A stretch of DNA of 61,735 nt, counting the filler, from Actinomycetota bacterium (GTDB lineage Bacteria > Actinomycetota > Acidimicrobiia > Spongiisociales > UBA4744), in assembly GCA_013152275.1 (NCBI GenBank). It is 7 parts of 7 records of this genome, joined end to end, with 100 filler letters (N's around TTAATTAATTAA, not from the genome) between each part and the next. Parts side by side here need not be neighbours in the genome. Positions count along the whole stretch, not along the records: positions 1 to 28,840 come from JAADGS010000087.1; positions 28,941 to 34,443 come from JAADGS010000060.1; 5 more parts are not named here. One strand, 5' to 3'. Numbering within the stretch: position 1 is the first letter of the stretch; each line of letters starts with the position of its first letter. Under the pieces are notes generated by a model. That model was not told the origin of the DNA. It searched no databases and saw nothing but the letters and a program-made list of their open reading frames with translations. Position numbers and translations under genes: made by a program. Positions 22,648 through 32,158 of this stretch are shown piece by piece.

Positions 22648-22748
22648 CGATCGCAGATTTTTCCAGAATATCCTCGGCTGAGACACCCCATAGCGATACC
22701 ACCCGGGGGTAGACTCGCCCGGCAGTGGATTTGTCCAGGAGGTGGAAT

Positions 22749-23954
22749 ATGCATAGGCGTTCCGTTTACGTTCTCGTGAGTGTCGTGTTCATGCTTGTCG
22801 TCGGTGTCGTGGCGGCAGGTGCAGCAACTCAGACCGACGCCCCGTCCCAGCAGGAGCTGGCACAGTACCTGCAGCAGTCGACGTGGCATCAGCCCGTGGA
22901 CTACCCGGACTGGCAAGGACCGACAAGCGGAGGCACCCAGGCCACCGACACCGCCCGGCCGGAGGCGACGATCGTCAGCGCCATCGGTTCGGCGTTGACC
23001 GACGGGTGTGGCGATGCGAGTTCGGGGGCAGCCGACATCAACACCGTCGACGTCGAGCTGCAGGATGATGGGAACTGGCGGTTCACCGTCAATCTGTGCG
23101 CCGCGCACGATCTCAGCGACGAGACGGGATGGAAGATCGATTTCGCCACAACCGCATATCACTCCGACGGTGACACCAGTCCTACACCGGTGACCACCTA
23201 TACGGCGTCGATCACCCATGAGATCGAGTACTACTCCCTTCTCGCTCCCTACAACGGAATCTACGAACCCAACGCCGCCGTCTACTACAACGACGGATCG
23301 GATTTGTTCGTAACGGGACGACCCGACGGCGACACCTTGTCGTGTACAGCGCACAGCACCGTCTTGTTCGGCGACCCGGATCGGGGCTACATAGGAGGGG
23401 TCACGGCGGCGACGGGGTTCACGATCGATATCAATCCGGCGTGCTTCGGGAGTCCCGACCAGGCGTGGCTGGCGGTCTCGGGCCCAGGCGACTCCATATC
23501 GTACGACGGTAGTTCGATCCACGCGACGTTCGGGCAGACGGCTCGTATCTCGGGTGCCAGCCGGTTCGACACCGCGGTCCAGATCTCCCGGCGCGCCTTC
23601 CCGCTGGGAGGCAGGTACGGTTTCGGTACGTGGGGCGCCTATTTGACCCCGGAGAGCTACGTCATGGGAGCGACGAGGGTCGTATACCTGACGAACGGGC
23701 TCAACTATCCGGACGCACTGGCGGCATCGGCGTTCTCTTCATCGATGATGGCAGGCCAGGCCGGTCCGGTGCTCTTCTGGAATGCGGTGGCGGGCGTTGT
23801 GCCCGATGAGACCCTCGGCGAGATCTGCCGGATTCAGCCGGGAAAGATCATCGCGCTCGGAGGGACTCTGGCGGTGAGCGATGCTGCTTTGGCCGAAGCT
23901 CAGACGGCAGCCAATTCCAGCGACTGCTTGACCGATTACGGGCTGGCGAACTAA
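22749..23954 (+). CDS. Secreted protein with a single C-terminal CWB2 unit
   Basis: Signal peptide; RISGASRFDTA...NYPDALA...GPVLF...IALGG. Confidence 0.8.
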   Translation: MHRRSVYVLVSVVFMLVVGVVAAGAATQTDAPSQQELAQYLQQSTWHQPVDYPDWQGPTSGGTQATDTARPEATIVSAIGSALTDGCGDASSGAADINTVDVELQDDGNWRFTVNLCAAHDLSDETGWKIDFATTAYHSDGDTSPTPVTTYTASITHEIEYYSLLAPYNGIYEPNAAVYYNDGSDLFVTGRPDGDTLSCTAHSTVLFGDPDRGYIGGVTAATGFTIDINPACFGSPDQAWLAVSGPGDSISYDGSSIHATFGQTARISGASRFDTAVQISRRAFPLGGRYGFGTWGAYLTPESYVMGATRVVYLTNGLNYPDALAASAFSSSMMAGQAGPVLFWNAVAGVVPDETLGEICRIQPGKIIALGGTLAVSDAALAEAQTAANSSDCLTDYGLAN

Positions 23955-23970
23955 GAGAACACGTTCCTGA

Positions 23971-24001
23971 AGTGTGGGGCCGGCCAGGTCGGCCCCACAC
24001 T
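23971..24001 (+). terminator. Hairpin terminator
   Basis: AGTGTGGGGCCG-N7-CGGCCCCACACT, perfect 12-bp stem just after the stop codon. Confidence 0.65.
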
Positions 24002-24081
24002 CGCGTCGAGCAACATCGGTCGGCCGGTACACTCGCGAACCGTGATGTTGCTGTCCGAGTTACGAGCCCGCGTGTGACGAG

Positions 24082-25152
24082 ATGAGAGTCGTCAGCATCG
24101 TCGGGGCCCGCCCACAATTCGTCAAGGCCGCCGCCGTGGGCAGGGAACTGCGAACGGCTGCGACCGAGATCCTCGTGCACACCGGACAGCACTACGACGC
24201 TGGAATGTCCGAGGTCTTCTTCGACGAACTGGGGATTCCGGAACCCGATCTGAACCTCGAAGTGGGCTCTGGGCCTCACGGTCGTCAGACAGGCCGCATG
24301 CTCGAACGTATCGAAGAGGTTCTCCTCGTGGAGCAACCGGACTGGGTCCTCGTCTACGGCGATACGAACAGCACGCTCGCGGGTGCTCTCGCCGCAGCGA
24401 AGCTCCACATCCGCGTCGCACATGTCGAGGCGGGCCTTCGTTCCTTCCGGCGCGACATGCCAGAAGAGGTCAACCGTGTCGTCACCGACCACGTGTCCGA
24501 TCTGCTCTTCTGTCCGACGCAGACCGCGGTCGATCACCTTGCCGCCGAAGGAGTCACCGAAGGTGTGATGCTCGTCGGGGACGTCATGGTCGACGCGATC
24601 GGACTCGTTCGCGGTCGCATCGATGCCGGCCGACTACGCCGACTGCGCGTCGACGGCCCGTATCTGCTTGCAACCCTCCACCGTGCCGAGAACGTCGACG
24701 ACGCGCAACGACTCGGCCAGGCGCTCGGTGTCTTGGCCGCCATGCCGGAACGTGTCGTGATCCCCGTGCACCCGCGCACCGCCGCGGCCATGCGGCGCCA
24801 CGACCTCACGTGGCCCGTGAATGTGGCCCCGCTCGCCCCCGTCGGCTACGTCGATATGCTCACGTTGGTGGCCGGCGCCGATGCGGTACTCACCGACTCC
24901 GGGGGGCTTCAGAAGGAATCGGTGCTGCTCGGCACACCGTGCATCACCCTGCGCAAAGAGACCGAATGGGTCGAGACCGTGGACGCCGGCATGAACCGGG
25001 TCGTCGACCTCGACGCGCAGGCCGCTCGAGAGGCCCTCGAGGAGCTTCGCGGGGCAGACAACGCCGGAATCGAACACATCTTCCCTCCGGGGGCATCACG
25101 TCGAATCGTCGAGGCGCTGCAGGGCCGATCTCCTGTGGGTGAACCTCGTTGA
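24082..25152 (+). CDS. wecB: UDP-N-acetylglucosamine 2-epimerase (non-hydrolysing)
   Basis: GARPQFVK, HTGQHYD, VYGDTNST, HVEAGLRS, PEEVNR, TDSGGLQKE. Confidence 0.96.
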   Translation: MRVVSIVGARPQFVKAAAVGRELRTAATEILVHTGQHYDAGMSEVFFDELGIPEPDLNLEVGSGPHGRQTGRMLERIEEVLLVEQPDWVLVYGDTNSTLAGALAAAKLHIRVAHVEAGLRSFRRDMPEEVNRVVTDHVSDLLFCPTQTAVDHLAAEGVTEGVMLVGDVMVDAIGLVRGRIDAGRLRRLRVDGPYLLATLHRAENVDDAQRLGQALGVLAAMPERVVIPVHPRTAAAMRRHDLTWPVNVAPLAPVGYVDMLTLVAGADAVLTDSGGLQKESVLLGTPCITLRKETEWVETVDAGMNRVVDLDAQAAREALEELRGADNAGIEHIFPPGASRRIVEALQGRSPVGEPR

Positions 25153-26778
25153 TGCGCGGTCGCTCGGCCAGGTGGGCGATACTCGCGCTGGTGACCGGTC
25201 TCATCGTGGCCGGATACATTGTGCACACATCACGAAGCAGGCAGTGCTCGGCGACGCAACTGCAGGAAGCCAGGTCGGAGTATCCGGACGCCGTCATCGA
25301 CGATGACGGCGTGGTCATGGCACGTCTGGACGGCATCGGCGACGTCTACCACCCGCAGGCGGCGATGCTGTTTGTCACCGACGCGCTCAAGAAGGGAGAC
25401 ATCGACCCGGCCACCGATTGTGTCATCCGCTCGACCGGGCAGTGGCTGATCTCCTCGCTGGAGCAACACGGCGACGCGTGGTACTGGTTCTATCCATTCG
25501 ACTGGCCATACGGGAACAACGACGAGCTGCTCAGCCGTGCCCCGTGGCCTTCGGGTCTCGCCCAGGGCAACGGGCTGATCGCGCTGGGGATGCTGGCCGA
25601 CTACACCGGAGACCCGGCATACGACGAGACCGCCCACCGCGCGTTCACCGCGTTCACCGCCGACGACTCACGAATCCGGACGACACTGCCCGACGGAGGG
25701 CTGTTCTTCCAGGAGTACGAAACAGCCATCCCGACGTTCGTGCTGAACGGCAACCTGGACGCGTTGATCGGCGTGGCCGGGTACGCGAAACGCTATGACG
25801 ACCAGAAGGCATGGGCCATCTTCCGCCGAGGGATCGACGGCCTGCGGGAACTGCTCCCCAGGTTCAGCGTGACAACTCCCCAAGGTGAGGTCTCCGCGTA
25901 CGACCTGATCCGGCTGCATCCGGATCTTCGGCTGCGCGCGTCCGGCGGCTCGGCGACCGTGGATCTCTCCGGTCCGCAGGGGTTTACCGCATCCGCCACG
26001 ATCGAGCCCTCCCCGGGCGATTCACCCGAGCTGATCACAAACGGAGGCTTCGAACAACTCGACGCATCCGGTTCGGATCGACCCGAAGATTGGAAGGCGA
26101 TCATCACCGCGGGTGGGGACAACTTCGCATTTCCCGACGGCCACGCCTACGAGGGCAGGAGGTTCGCTCAGATCACCACATCGGGAGAAGGATGGGAGGT
26201 CCTGGGACAGACGGTCGGTAGCGAGCAGGTAGGCAAGGGCTCCTACGGCATCTCGTTCTATGCGCGCGAGACCGCTGAAGATCCCTGGAAGGGTCACCGT
26301 CGTGGGTGAATGCCCGAGCGGCAGGAGCATTCTCGGCGACAAGTTCCAGATTCGGTCCCGGGAGTGGGCACCGTACGGGTTCGTCTTCGACGTACCCGAG
26401 GAAGGTTGTGACCTGCTCGTGGAGCTGTACGAGTTCACGTCGTCGACGGCCGGCGGTGTCATCGACTTCGACGATATCTCACTTCGTCGCCTCGACGACC
26501 GAGGGACCGCTCTGGTGCTTCCTCTTTCCGTCTACGAGCAGCCGAACATCCACATTTCTTGGTCCGGGGACGGCGGACTGGAAGTGTTCTACGAAGGTGC
26601 GTGGCGGCCGCTCGAGGTCACCGACGGGGAGTTGCCGATGTACCTGCAAGGTCGCAACATTCATTTCGGTTATCACGACGGCCATGTGCGCCAACTTCGC
26701 AAGCTCTACTCGCTGAGCGGCGAAGAGTTCCTTCTCGAGTACGCGACGCGTTGGGCGGCCATGACCCCGGAGGGGTAG
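25152..26778 (+). pseudogene. D-glucuronyl C5-epimerase-like membrane-anchored protein with an inserted beta-sandwich (CBM-like) domain, split by a +1 frameshift near 26283 (ORFs 25152-26309 and 26260-26778)
   Basis: WPSGLAQG, FQEY...FVLNG, GIDGLRELLPRF, SAYDL in ORF1; terminal YHDGHVRQLRKL...YATRW in ORF2; deleting one C of GATCCCTGGA fuses the frames. Confidence 0.72.
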
Positions 26779-26814
26779 CGCCTTCGTTCGAGCCTGCCCG
26801 TCCGACGATCAGAT

Positions 26815-28840
26815 CTACGGGGTCCAACTCCAGAGAGCGGCCTCGATGGCGTCGGAGATGACGGTCGCCCCCCCGACGACCACGATCACGTGCGGGGAGA
26901 GGCGTGTGAGCTCCAGCCGCCCGCCATAGGGGATGGTGTCGCGTTGTGAGAGCAACAGCGGACCTCCGGCGGCGGCGGCGGCCGGTCCGGCCGACAGGGC
27001 GTCGGGGAACGATTCTCCCGTCGCCATGTAGACGGTCTGGGGGCCCGGACCGAAGATCCTCTGCGAGACCGCCTGGGCGGTGTAGTAGCGGTTGGAACCG
27101 GCGAGCCGTTCTACGGCTCCCGTGGTGAGACTCGCAAGGTTCGATGCGACCGAGTCGGAGACCGCTACCGATCCACCGATGACATAGATCTTCTGCGGTG
27201 CGAGGCGTTGCAGCTCGGCCAGAGTCTCGGCAGGGATCCAACCGGGATGTACGAGCAGGACGGGCCCACCGACGGCGGCGGCCGCCGGGCCTGCAGTCAA
27301 CCCGTCGGGGAAAGACTCGCCGGTCACGATGAATGCCGCCGGGACGCCGGGGGAGTAGGTTCTCGCGGACAAGGCCGCGGCCGTCGCATATCGGTTGGAG
27401 CCGGCGACCCTCGTCACGGAGCCGGAGGTGTAACCGGCGAGTTCCTGTTCCACGCTCGTTGCGATCGCGGCGGTTCCGCCGAGGACGACGATGGAGGCGG
27501 GTTGCAGCCGGCGCAGCTCTGCAGCGGTCTCCGGAGGCAGCACCGAGCGTCGCGTGAGCAGGATCGGGCTGTGCTCGAATCCGGCGACGGCACCGGCCGC
27601 GAGCGCATCGGGGAACGTCTCGCCGGTGGCGATGTACACCGTGGCGGCGCCCGGCGTGAACGCCTCCTGTGCGACCGCGACGGCGGTCGCGTAACGGGAA
27701 GTCCCCGCGGCGCGAATCACACCGATGCGAGAGGTGGGGAGATCGAGCCCCTGCCCGCGAGTCACGAGCGCGTACTCCTTGTACACCCGATCGTAGGCCG
27801 GGAAACTGTATCGATACTCGACCTCCACCCGGTAGGACCCATCATCGAGCACGCCACCGTTCTCCCAGCCGAAGTTGTACATGTAGGTGTCACCGGCGAC
27901 GAACCCGAACTTGTCATAACCGGATTCATACACGAGGCTGCCGCCAGGATCGAAGATTCGTGTCCGGACGATGCCGGTGACCGGTACATTGCCGGTGTTC
28001 TCGAAGTACTGGCGGACGTAGATGGACGATCCCCAGGCGTCGATTTCGCCCCACGTCCGGGCGTCACGGATGATCTCGCCGTAGACGCCGTCGGGTTGAC
28101 CTGCCCAGATGACCGACTGTTTGAACAGCTCCAGGGCGATGTCACCCTGCTGCACACCTCCGAAGAGCTGGCCGGCGAGGGCCAGTGAGTACTCGGGGAA
28201 GAAATCGATGATGGACGTGTCGAAATAGACGATGCGGCCCAAGCCGTACCGGATGGCTTCGGCCGCCGGGAAACCGTCGTACTGGGTGACGTCGACACCC
28301 TCGTAGGACCCCGGGTTCGTGATGCTGAATCGAAGGAGTGGCTGCACGTTGGAGCTTGCGACCCGTGCGAATTCGGCGCCGGCACCGGTCGGTCGATTCA
28401 ACCGAACTGTCGTGAGCCCCAGGTTGGCGAGTGCCTTCTGCACGATGGGATGGTTGCCTCCTCCCGGGTCGAGGACCAGAGACAGCTCATTGGGCGTCGG
28501 ATCGTTGAGGAAGTCCATCTGGTACGCCTCGCTGAGCGGCCCCCACTCCCATGCCTCCTGGTTCATCTCGAGGGGCCACAGACCCCAGCCTCCTCCGGGG
28601 AGAGGGAACTCGCGAGGTGACGCCAGCACGGGGACGAGACCGCCGCCACCGGCGATCCAGTCCCGTACGGTCAGCGACGCCGACTCGTTCATGACCCGGG
28701 TGTACGGGAGCACGATCACGTCGAAAGCAGCGAGTCGGCCGGGATCCTCGAGATCCGCGTCGCTGACCCACGCCGGGTTCATCCCGACGCGCTGCAAGGC
28801 ATCGAATGCGGCCTGCTGGCGGCCGGCGACATCCCAGCCC
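26815..28840 (-). CDS. Surface protein with an N-terminal GATase-like/beta-galactosidase trimerisation-like domain and three CWB2 units, 5' partial
   Basis: FDVIVLPY...WIAGGGGLV and YGLGRIVYF segments; three CWB2 repeats; runs into linker. Confidence 0.8.
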
Positions 28841-28940
28841 NNNNNNNNNNNNNNNNNNNNNNNNNNNNNNNNNNNNNNNNNNNNTTAATTAATTAANNNN
28901 NNNNNNNNNNNNNNNNNNNNNNNNNNNNNNNNNNNNNNNN
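28841..28940. other. Artificial contig linker (others at 34444-34543, 40039-40138, 45575-45674, 51037-51136, 56434-56533)
   Basis: N44-TTAATTAATTAA-N44, giving stops in all six frames. Confidence 0.99.
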
Positions 28941-29097
28941 GAAGTGGGTGAGGAAGCTTTGTGACGAACCCGATGGGGGTGTCCCAGAGCCGGCACAGCC
29001 GGAGCCACCCCCTTAGGGCGAAGCGCCGGACCCATTCTTTCCTTCCCCCTCAGGGGGAAGTGGGTGAGGAAGCTCTGTGACGAACCCGATGGGGGTG
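28941..29097. repeat. Cluster of REP-like double-hairpin repeats (partial copy, inverted half-unit, full copy)
   Basis: GAAGTGGGTGAGGAAGCTYTGTGACGAACCCGATGGGGGTG occurs twice; CTTCCCCCTCAGGGGGAAG at 29042. Confidence 0.8.
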
Positions 29098-29209
29098 TGG
29101 TGGCGGAGGGGGAAGATTCTCGCCCTACGGTCCCACGCAGACACACGCCGCGATAGCGAATACTCAGGTACGAAATACGACACGCGGAACCCGGCTCACG
29201 AAGCGACCG

Positions 29210-29890
29210 CTATCCCAGATCCAAATGCTTCGCCGCCTCCCGGAAGCTCAGTCCGGACAGCTCCTCCCGGTGTTCGAGCAGGAACCTCGACACCGAGACC
29301 GAGTCCGTCTTTGCGTACTCGCGTAACGCCCATCCGATCGCCTTACGAATGAAGAACTCTTTCTCGTGAGCCCGCCGCAGGCAGTAGTCGAAGAGCCGGT
29401 CGGTATCGGTGCGGTCCTTGTGCTTGAGTTGAGCGAGGATCGCCGTCCGACGCAACCAGAGGTCCTGATCGTCGATCCACGCGTCGAGTGTCGGCCACAT
29501 CCGGTCGGGCTCTTCGAGCAGGACCTTGCCGATGAGATTCGCCGCCACCGAATCGACGAAGTCCCACCATGCACCATCGACGATGAGCCGCCGGTAGAGG
29601 TCGAGGTTCTCGAAGGTGATCCACCGCCGTTCGGCGATCGCGAGACCGACGGCGACGTATTTCTCTTCCCGGTGCGGGAGATCCCAGAGGGCCATCACCG
29701 CTCCCCGGTACTCGGCCTGCGACCTGATCGGGTACCGGACCAGCGCCTCCCTCAGAATCACCCGCCGTTGCGGCGTCGGCACCCCGTGGAACGGCATCTC
29801 GGTCTTCATGTAGGCAGCCATCGCCACCGCCCGATCAGAGTCGGCGCGAGCCGACAGCTCATCCGCGACGAACGAGACGATCCCATCCAC
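29210..29890 (-). CDS. alkD: DNA alkylation repair protein (AlkD family)
   Basis: AYMK..FHGV, REEKY, WWDFVD, WLRRTAI, EFFIRKAIGWALREYAK. Confidence 0.9.
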   Translation of the reverse strand: MDGIVSFVADELSARADSDRAVAMAAYMKTEMPFHGVPTPQRRVILREALVRYPIRSQAEYRGAVMALWDLPHREEKYVAVGLAIAERRWITFENLDLYRRLIVDGAWWDFVDSVAANLIGKVLLEEPDRMWPTLDAWIDDQDLWLRRTAILAQLKHKDRTDTDRLFDYCLRRAHEKEFFIRKAIGWALREYAKTDSVSVSRFLLEHREELSGLSFREAAKHLDLG

Positions 29891-29899
29891 AACACCCTC

Positions 29900-30697
29900 C
29901 TACCCCCAGGGCGGAATCGCGACGCCCGGTCTGAGGGCGAAGACGAAGAGCCAGAACAGAGCCGCCACGAGGACCGCGGGCACGACCGGGACCGTGGGAA
30001 CGGTGGGGCTCCACTGACGGTCCACCCCTGTGATAGGGGCAATCGCGAGGGCGCCCAGCACGATGACCCCGCTGGCGATCAGTCCCAACGCCAACCCCGG
30101 GTCGGGGAACATGAAGGCGGCGACGATCGCCCCGCCGATCAGCCACGGGACGGCGGCAACGAGAAGCATGACGCGGACGCGGCTGACGCGTGTCTCCAGC
30201 AAGCTCGCTCTCGGGGCGAACTTGAGGAATGCGGGCGCGGCCATCATCCCCATCCCGAACACCGCCGCGGCGGCAACCCCGGCGAGGATCCCGAGGAAAC
30301 GCTCCGGCAGGTCGGCGCTCGCGGCGATCGCAGCCCCGATCCCGTCCGGATCGAACGGGGCGGCGAGGATCACCTGAAGACCGGTGCGGAACAGGTGCAG
30401 CATCGTCCACAGCACGGTCAGCCTCGCCACACCGTGTGGACCCGGTCCGGGGTAGACGAGGAGAAGCACGACCCCGACTCCGAACACCGTCAGGAGTCCG
30501 CCGGCCAGGGCAAGGTCCGGCCCCGCCGCCTCGAACGTGACGGCCGCATGCGAAAGCACCGGTTGTCGCCCTTCGATCCAGCCAAAACCGGCCAGTCCGC
30601 CGAGATAGAGGAGCTGGGCCATGACATAGCCGAACACAAAGGTGAGACAGGACGTCACCACCACAGTGGTCAGTCCCCGGCTATGACGTTCCGCCAT
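29900..30697 (-). CDS. Hypothetical integral membrane protein
   Basis: About seven hydrophobic segments; stop 10 bp upstream of alkD start; start uncertain. Confidence 0.7.
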   Translation of the reverse strand: MAERHSRGLTTVVVTSCLTFVFGYVMAQLLYLGGLAGFGWIEGRQPVLSHAAVTFEAAGPDLALAGGLLTVFGVGVVLLLVYPGPGPHGVARLTVLWTMLHLFRTGLQVILAAPFDPDGIGAAIAASADLPERFLGILAGVAAAAVFGMGMMAAPAFLKFAPRASLLETRVSRVRVMLLVAAVPWLIGGAIVAAFMFPDPGLALGLIASGVIVLGALAIAPITGVDRQWSPTVPTVPVVPAVLVAALFWLFVFALRPGVAIPPWG

Positions 30698-30842
30698 GGA
30701 CTTCAGCCTACGCGAAGGAACATCACCGACGATGGCAATTGGAGGTTCTGCCTGATGCTGCACCGACCTTGTGAAACACTCGACGCGTCGCCCAACCCTC
30801 CGCCTCGATGGTTTCTGAGGGTGAGAGCGATTCGGAGGAACG

Positions 30843-31307
30843 GTGAGCGCCGATCAGGAACGGGCCTTCACTCGCTTCGTCAAGGAAACGGAGCCGAAAC
30901 TCTCGTACGCGCTCGCTGCGGCGTATGGCCCCGAGATCGGGTCCGAGGCCACGTCTGAAGCGCTCGTCTATGCCTGGGAGCACTGGCCCAAGATCCGGAC
31001 GATGCAGAACCCTGCCGGATACCTGTATCGGGTCGGCCAGAGCAAGGCTCGTCGCTTCCTGCGGCCCAGGGTGACCTTTCCGGCGCCCCAGATGAGGGAT
31101 CCGTACGGGTTCGAACCGGGTCTCCCTGCAGCGCTCGAGTCGCTCACGAAGAACCAGCGGGTCGCTGTCGTGCTGGTGCACGCCCTCGCATGGACCGAGC
31201 GCGAAACCGCCGAGTTGATGGACGTGTCCCGGGCAACGGTGCGCACCCATGTGGAACGGGCACTGGCCCGTCTGAGAGCGACAATGGAGGTGCAGGTCGA
31301 TGTCTGA
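30843..31307 (+). CDS. ECF RNA polymerase sigma factor
   Basis: Region 2 (EALVYAWEHW, NPAGYLYR) and region 4 (LTKNQRVAVVLVH, ETAELMDVSRATVRTHVERALARLR). Confidence 0.9.
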   Translation: MSADQERAFTRFVKETEPKLSYALAAAYGPEIGSEATSEALVYAWEHWPKIRTMQNPAGYLYRVGQSKARRFLRPRVTFPAPQMRDPYGFEPGLPAALESLTKNQRVAVVLVHALAWTERETAELMDVSRATVRTHVERALARLRATMEVQVDV

Positions 31308-32055
31308 GCTGCAGACCCAACTGCGCGACTACTTCGACGACGTCGTCGAGCGGGTCGGCGTGCAGGACGTGATTGCCCAGGTCCACGTTCGTCGACAGCC
31401 GCGTTTGCGTGGACCGGTGCGGGCGGCCGTGACTGCGGCCGCTGCAGTGTTCGTGGGCGTCGGCTCGGTCGTCGTGGCGCTCTGGCTCTTGCAGGGCGGC
31501 CCGAGGCTGTATCGGTCCTCGGGCGCGCCGGTGCCGACCACAACGGACGCGTCGTGGGTGCTGCCGGCGTTGATCGGCGTCGCAGCGGTGCTGGCACTCG
31601 GCGCCCTGGGAGTGTTTGTTTCGTGGGGATCGAGGAGAGGGGAAGGAATGGAAACCATCGAGAAGACAGCAAAGCTGAGAATCGAGCCTGGAAAGACCAA
31701 CCGTTGGCTGATCGTTGCGCTGGTGGTGCTCCTCGTCGCCATCGCTGCCGGAGCCGCCTGGTTCCTGCTGAGCTCACCGGTACCGAGCGACGTGCAGGCC
31801 CTGCTGGACGACTACATCGCCGCGTGGAATGCCCACGACGGCGACGCAGTGCTCGCAACCATAGGCACTGGAATGCACGTCTCGAGCGCCGGAACATTCA
31901 ACGGCGCCCGACTCGCATCGTTCGTGGACTCCATGCCGAGCGGATGGACCGCGACCATGACCACACCCCCATCGGGTTCGTCACCGGCGCTCTTCTTGCT
32001 TCCCCTAGCAGGGGAAGTGGCCGAGGCGAGGAACGAGCCGAGGTCGATGGGGTAG
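31300..32055 (+). CDS. Membrane protein, putative anti-sigma; ends in a SnoaL-like segment that runs into a REP-like repeat
   Basis: Overlaps ECF stop; MSELQTQLRDYFD N-terminus; three TM segments; LLDDYIAAWNAHDGDAV. Confidence 0.65.
   Translation: MSELQTQLRDYFDDVVERVGVQDVIAQVHVRRQPRLRGPVRAAVTAAAAVFVGVGSVVVALWLLQGGPRLYRSSGAPVPTTTDASWVLPALIGVAAVLALGALGVFVSWGSRRGEGMETIEKTAKLRIEPGKTNRWLIVALVVLLVAIAAGAAWFLLSSPVPSDVQALLDDYIAAWNAHDGDAVLATIGTGMHVSSAGTFNGARLASFVDSMPSGWTATMTTPPSGSSPALFLLPLAGEVAEARNEPRSMG
31999..32055. repeat. REP-like double-hairpin repeat inside the CDS 3' end
   Basis: CTTCCCCT-AGC-AGGGGAAG TGGCCGAGGCGAGGAACGAG...GATGGGG matches the copy at 851. Confidence 0.8.
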
Positions 32056-32158
32056 AGAATCTTCCGTGCAGGGGAAGGTGCCTGAGTCGCCGCTCTTGCC
32101 CCGCGGTCTCATGCTGACAAGCGCCGCGATACCGAGGACGGCGAGTGACGCGAGCCCC

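Noticed and set aside
28841..28940. Recurring TTAATTAATTAA palindromes in N runs
   Set aside because: Artificial contig linkers; no biology or synteny across them.
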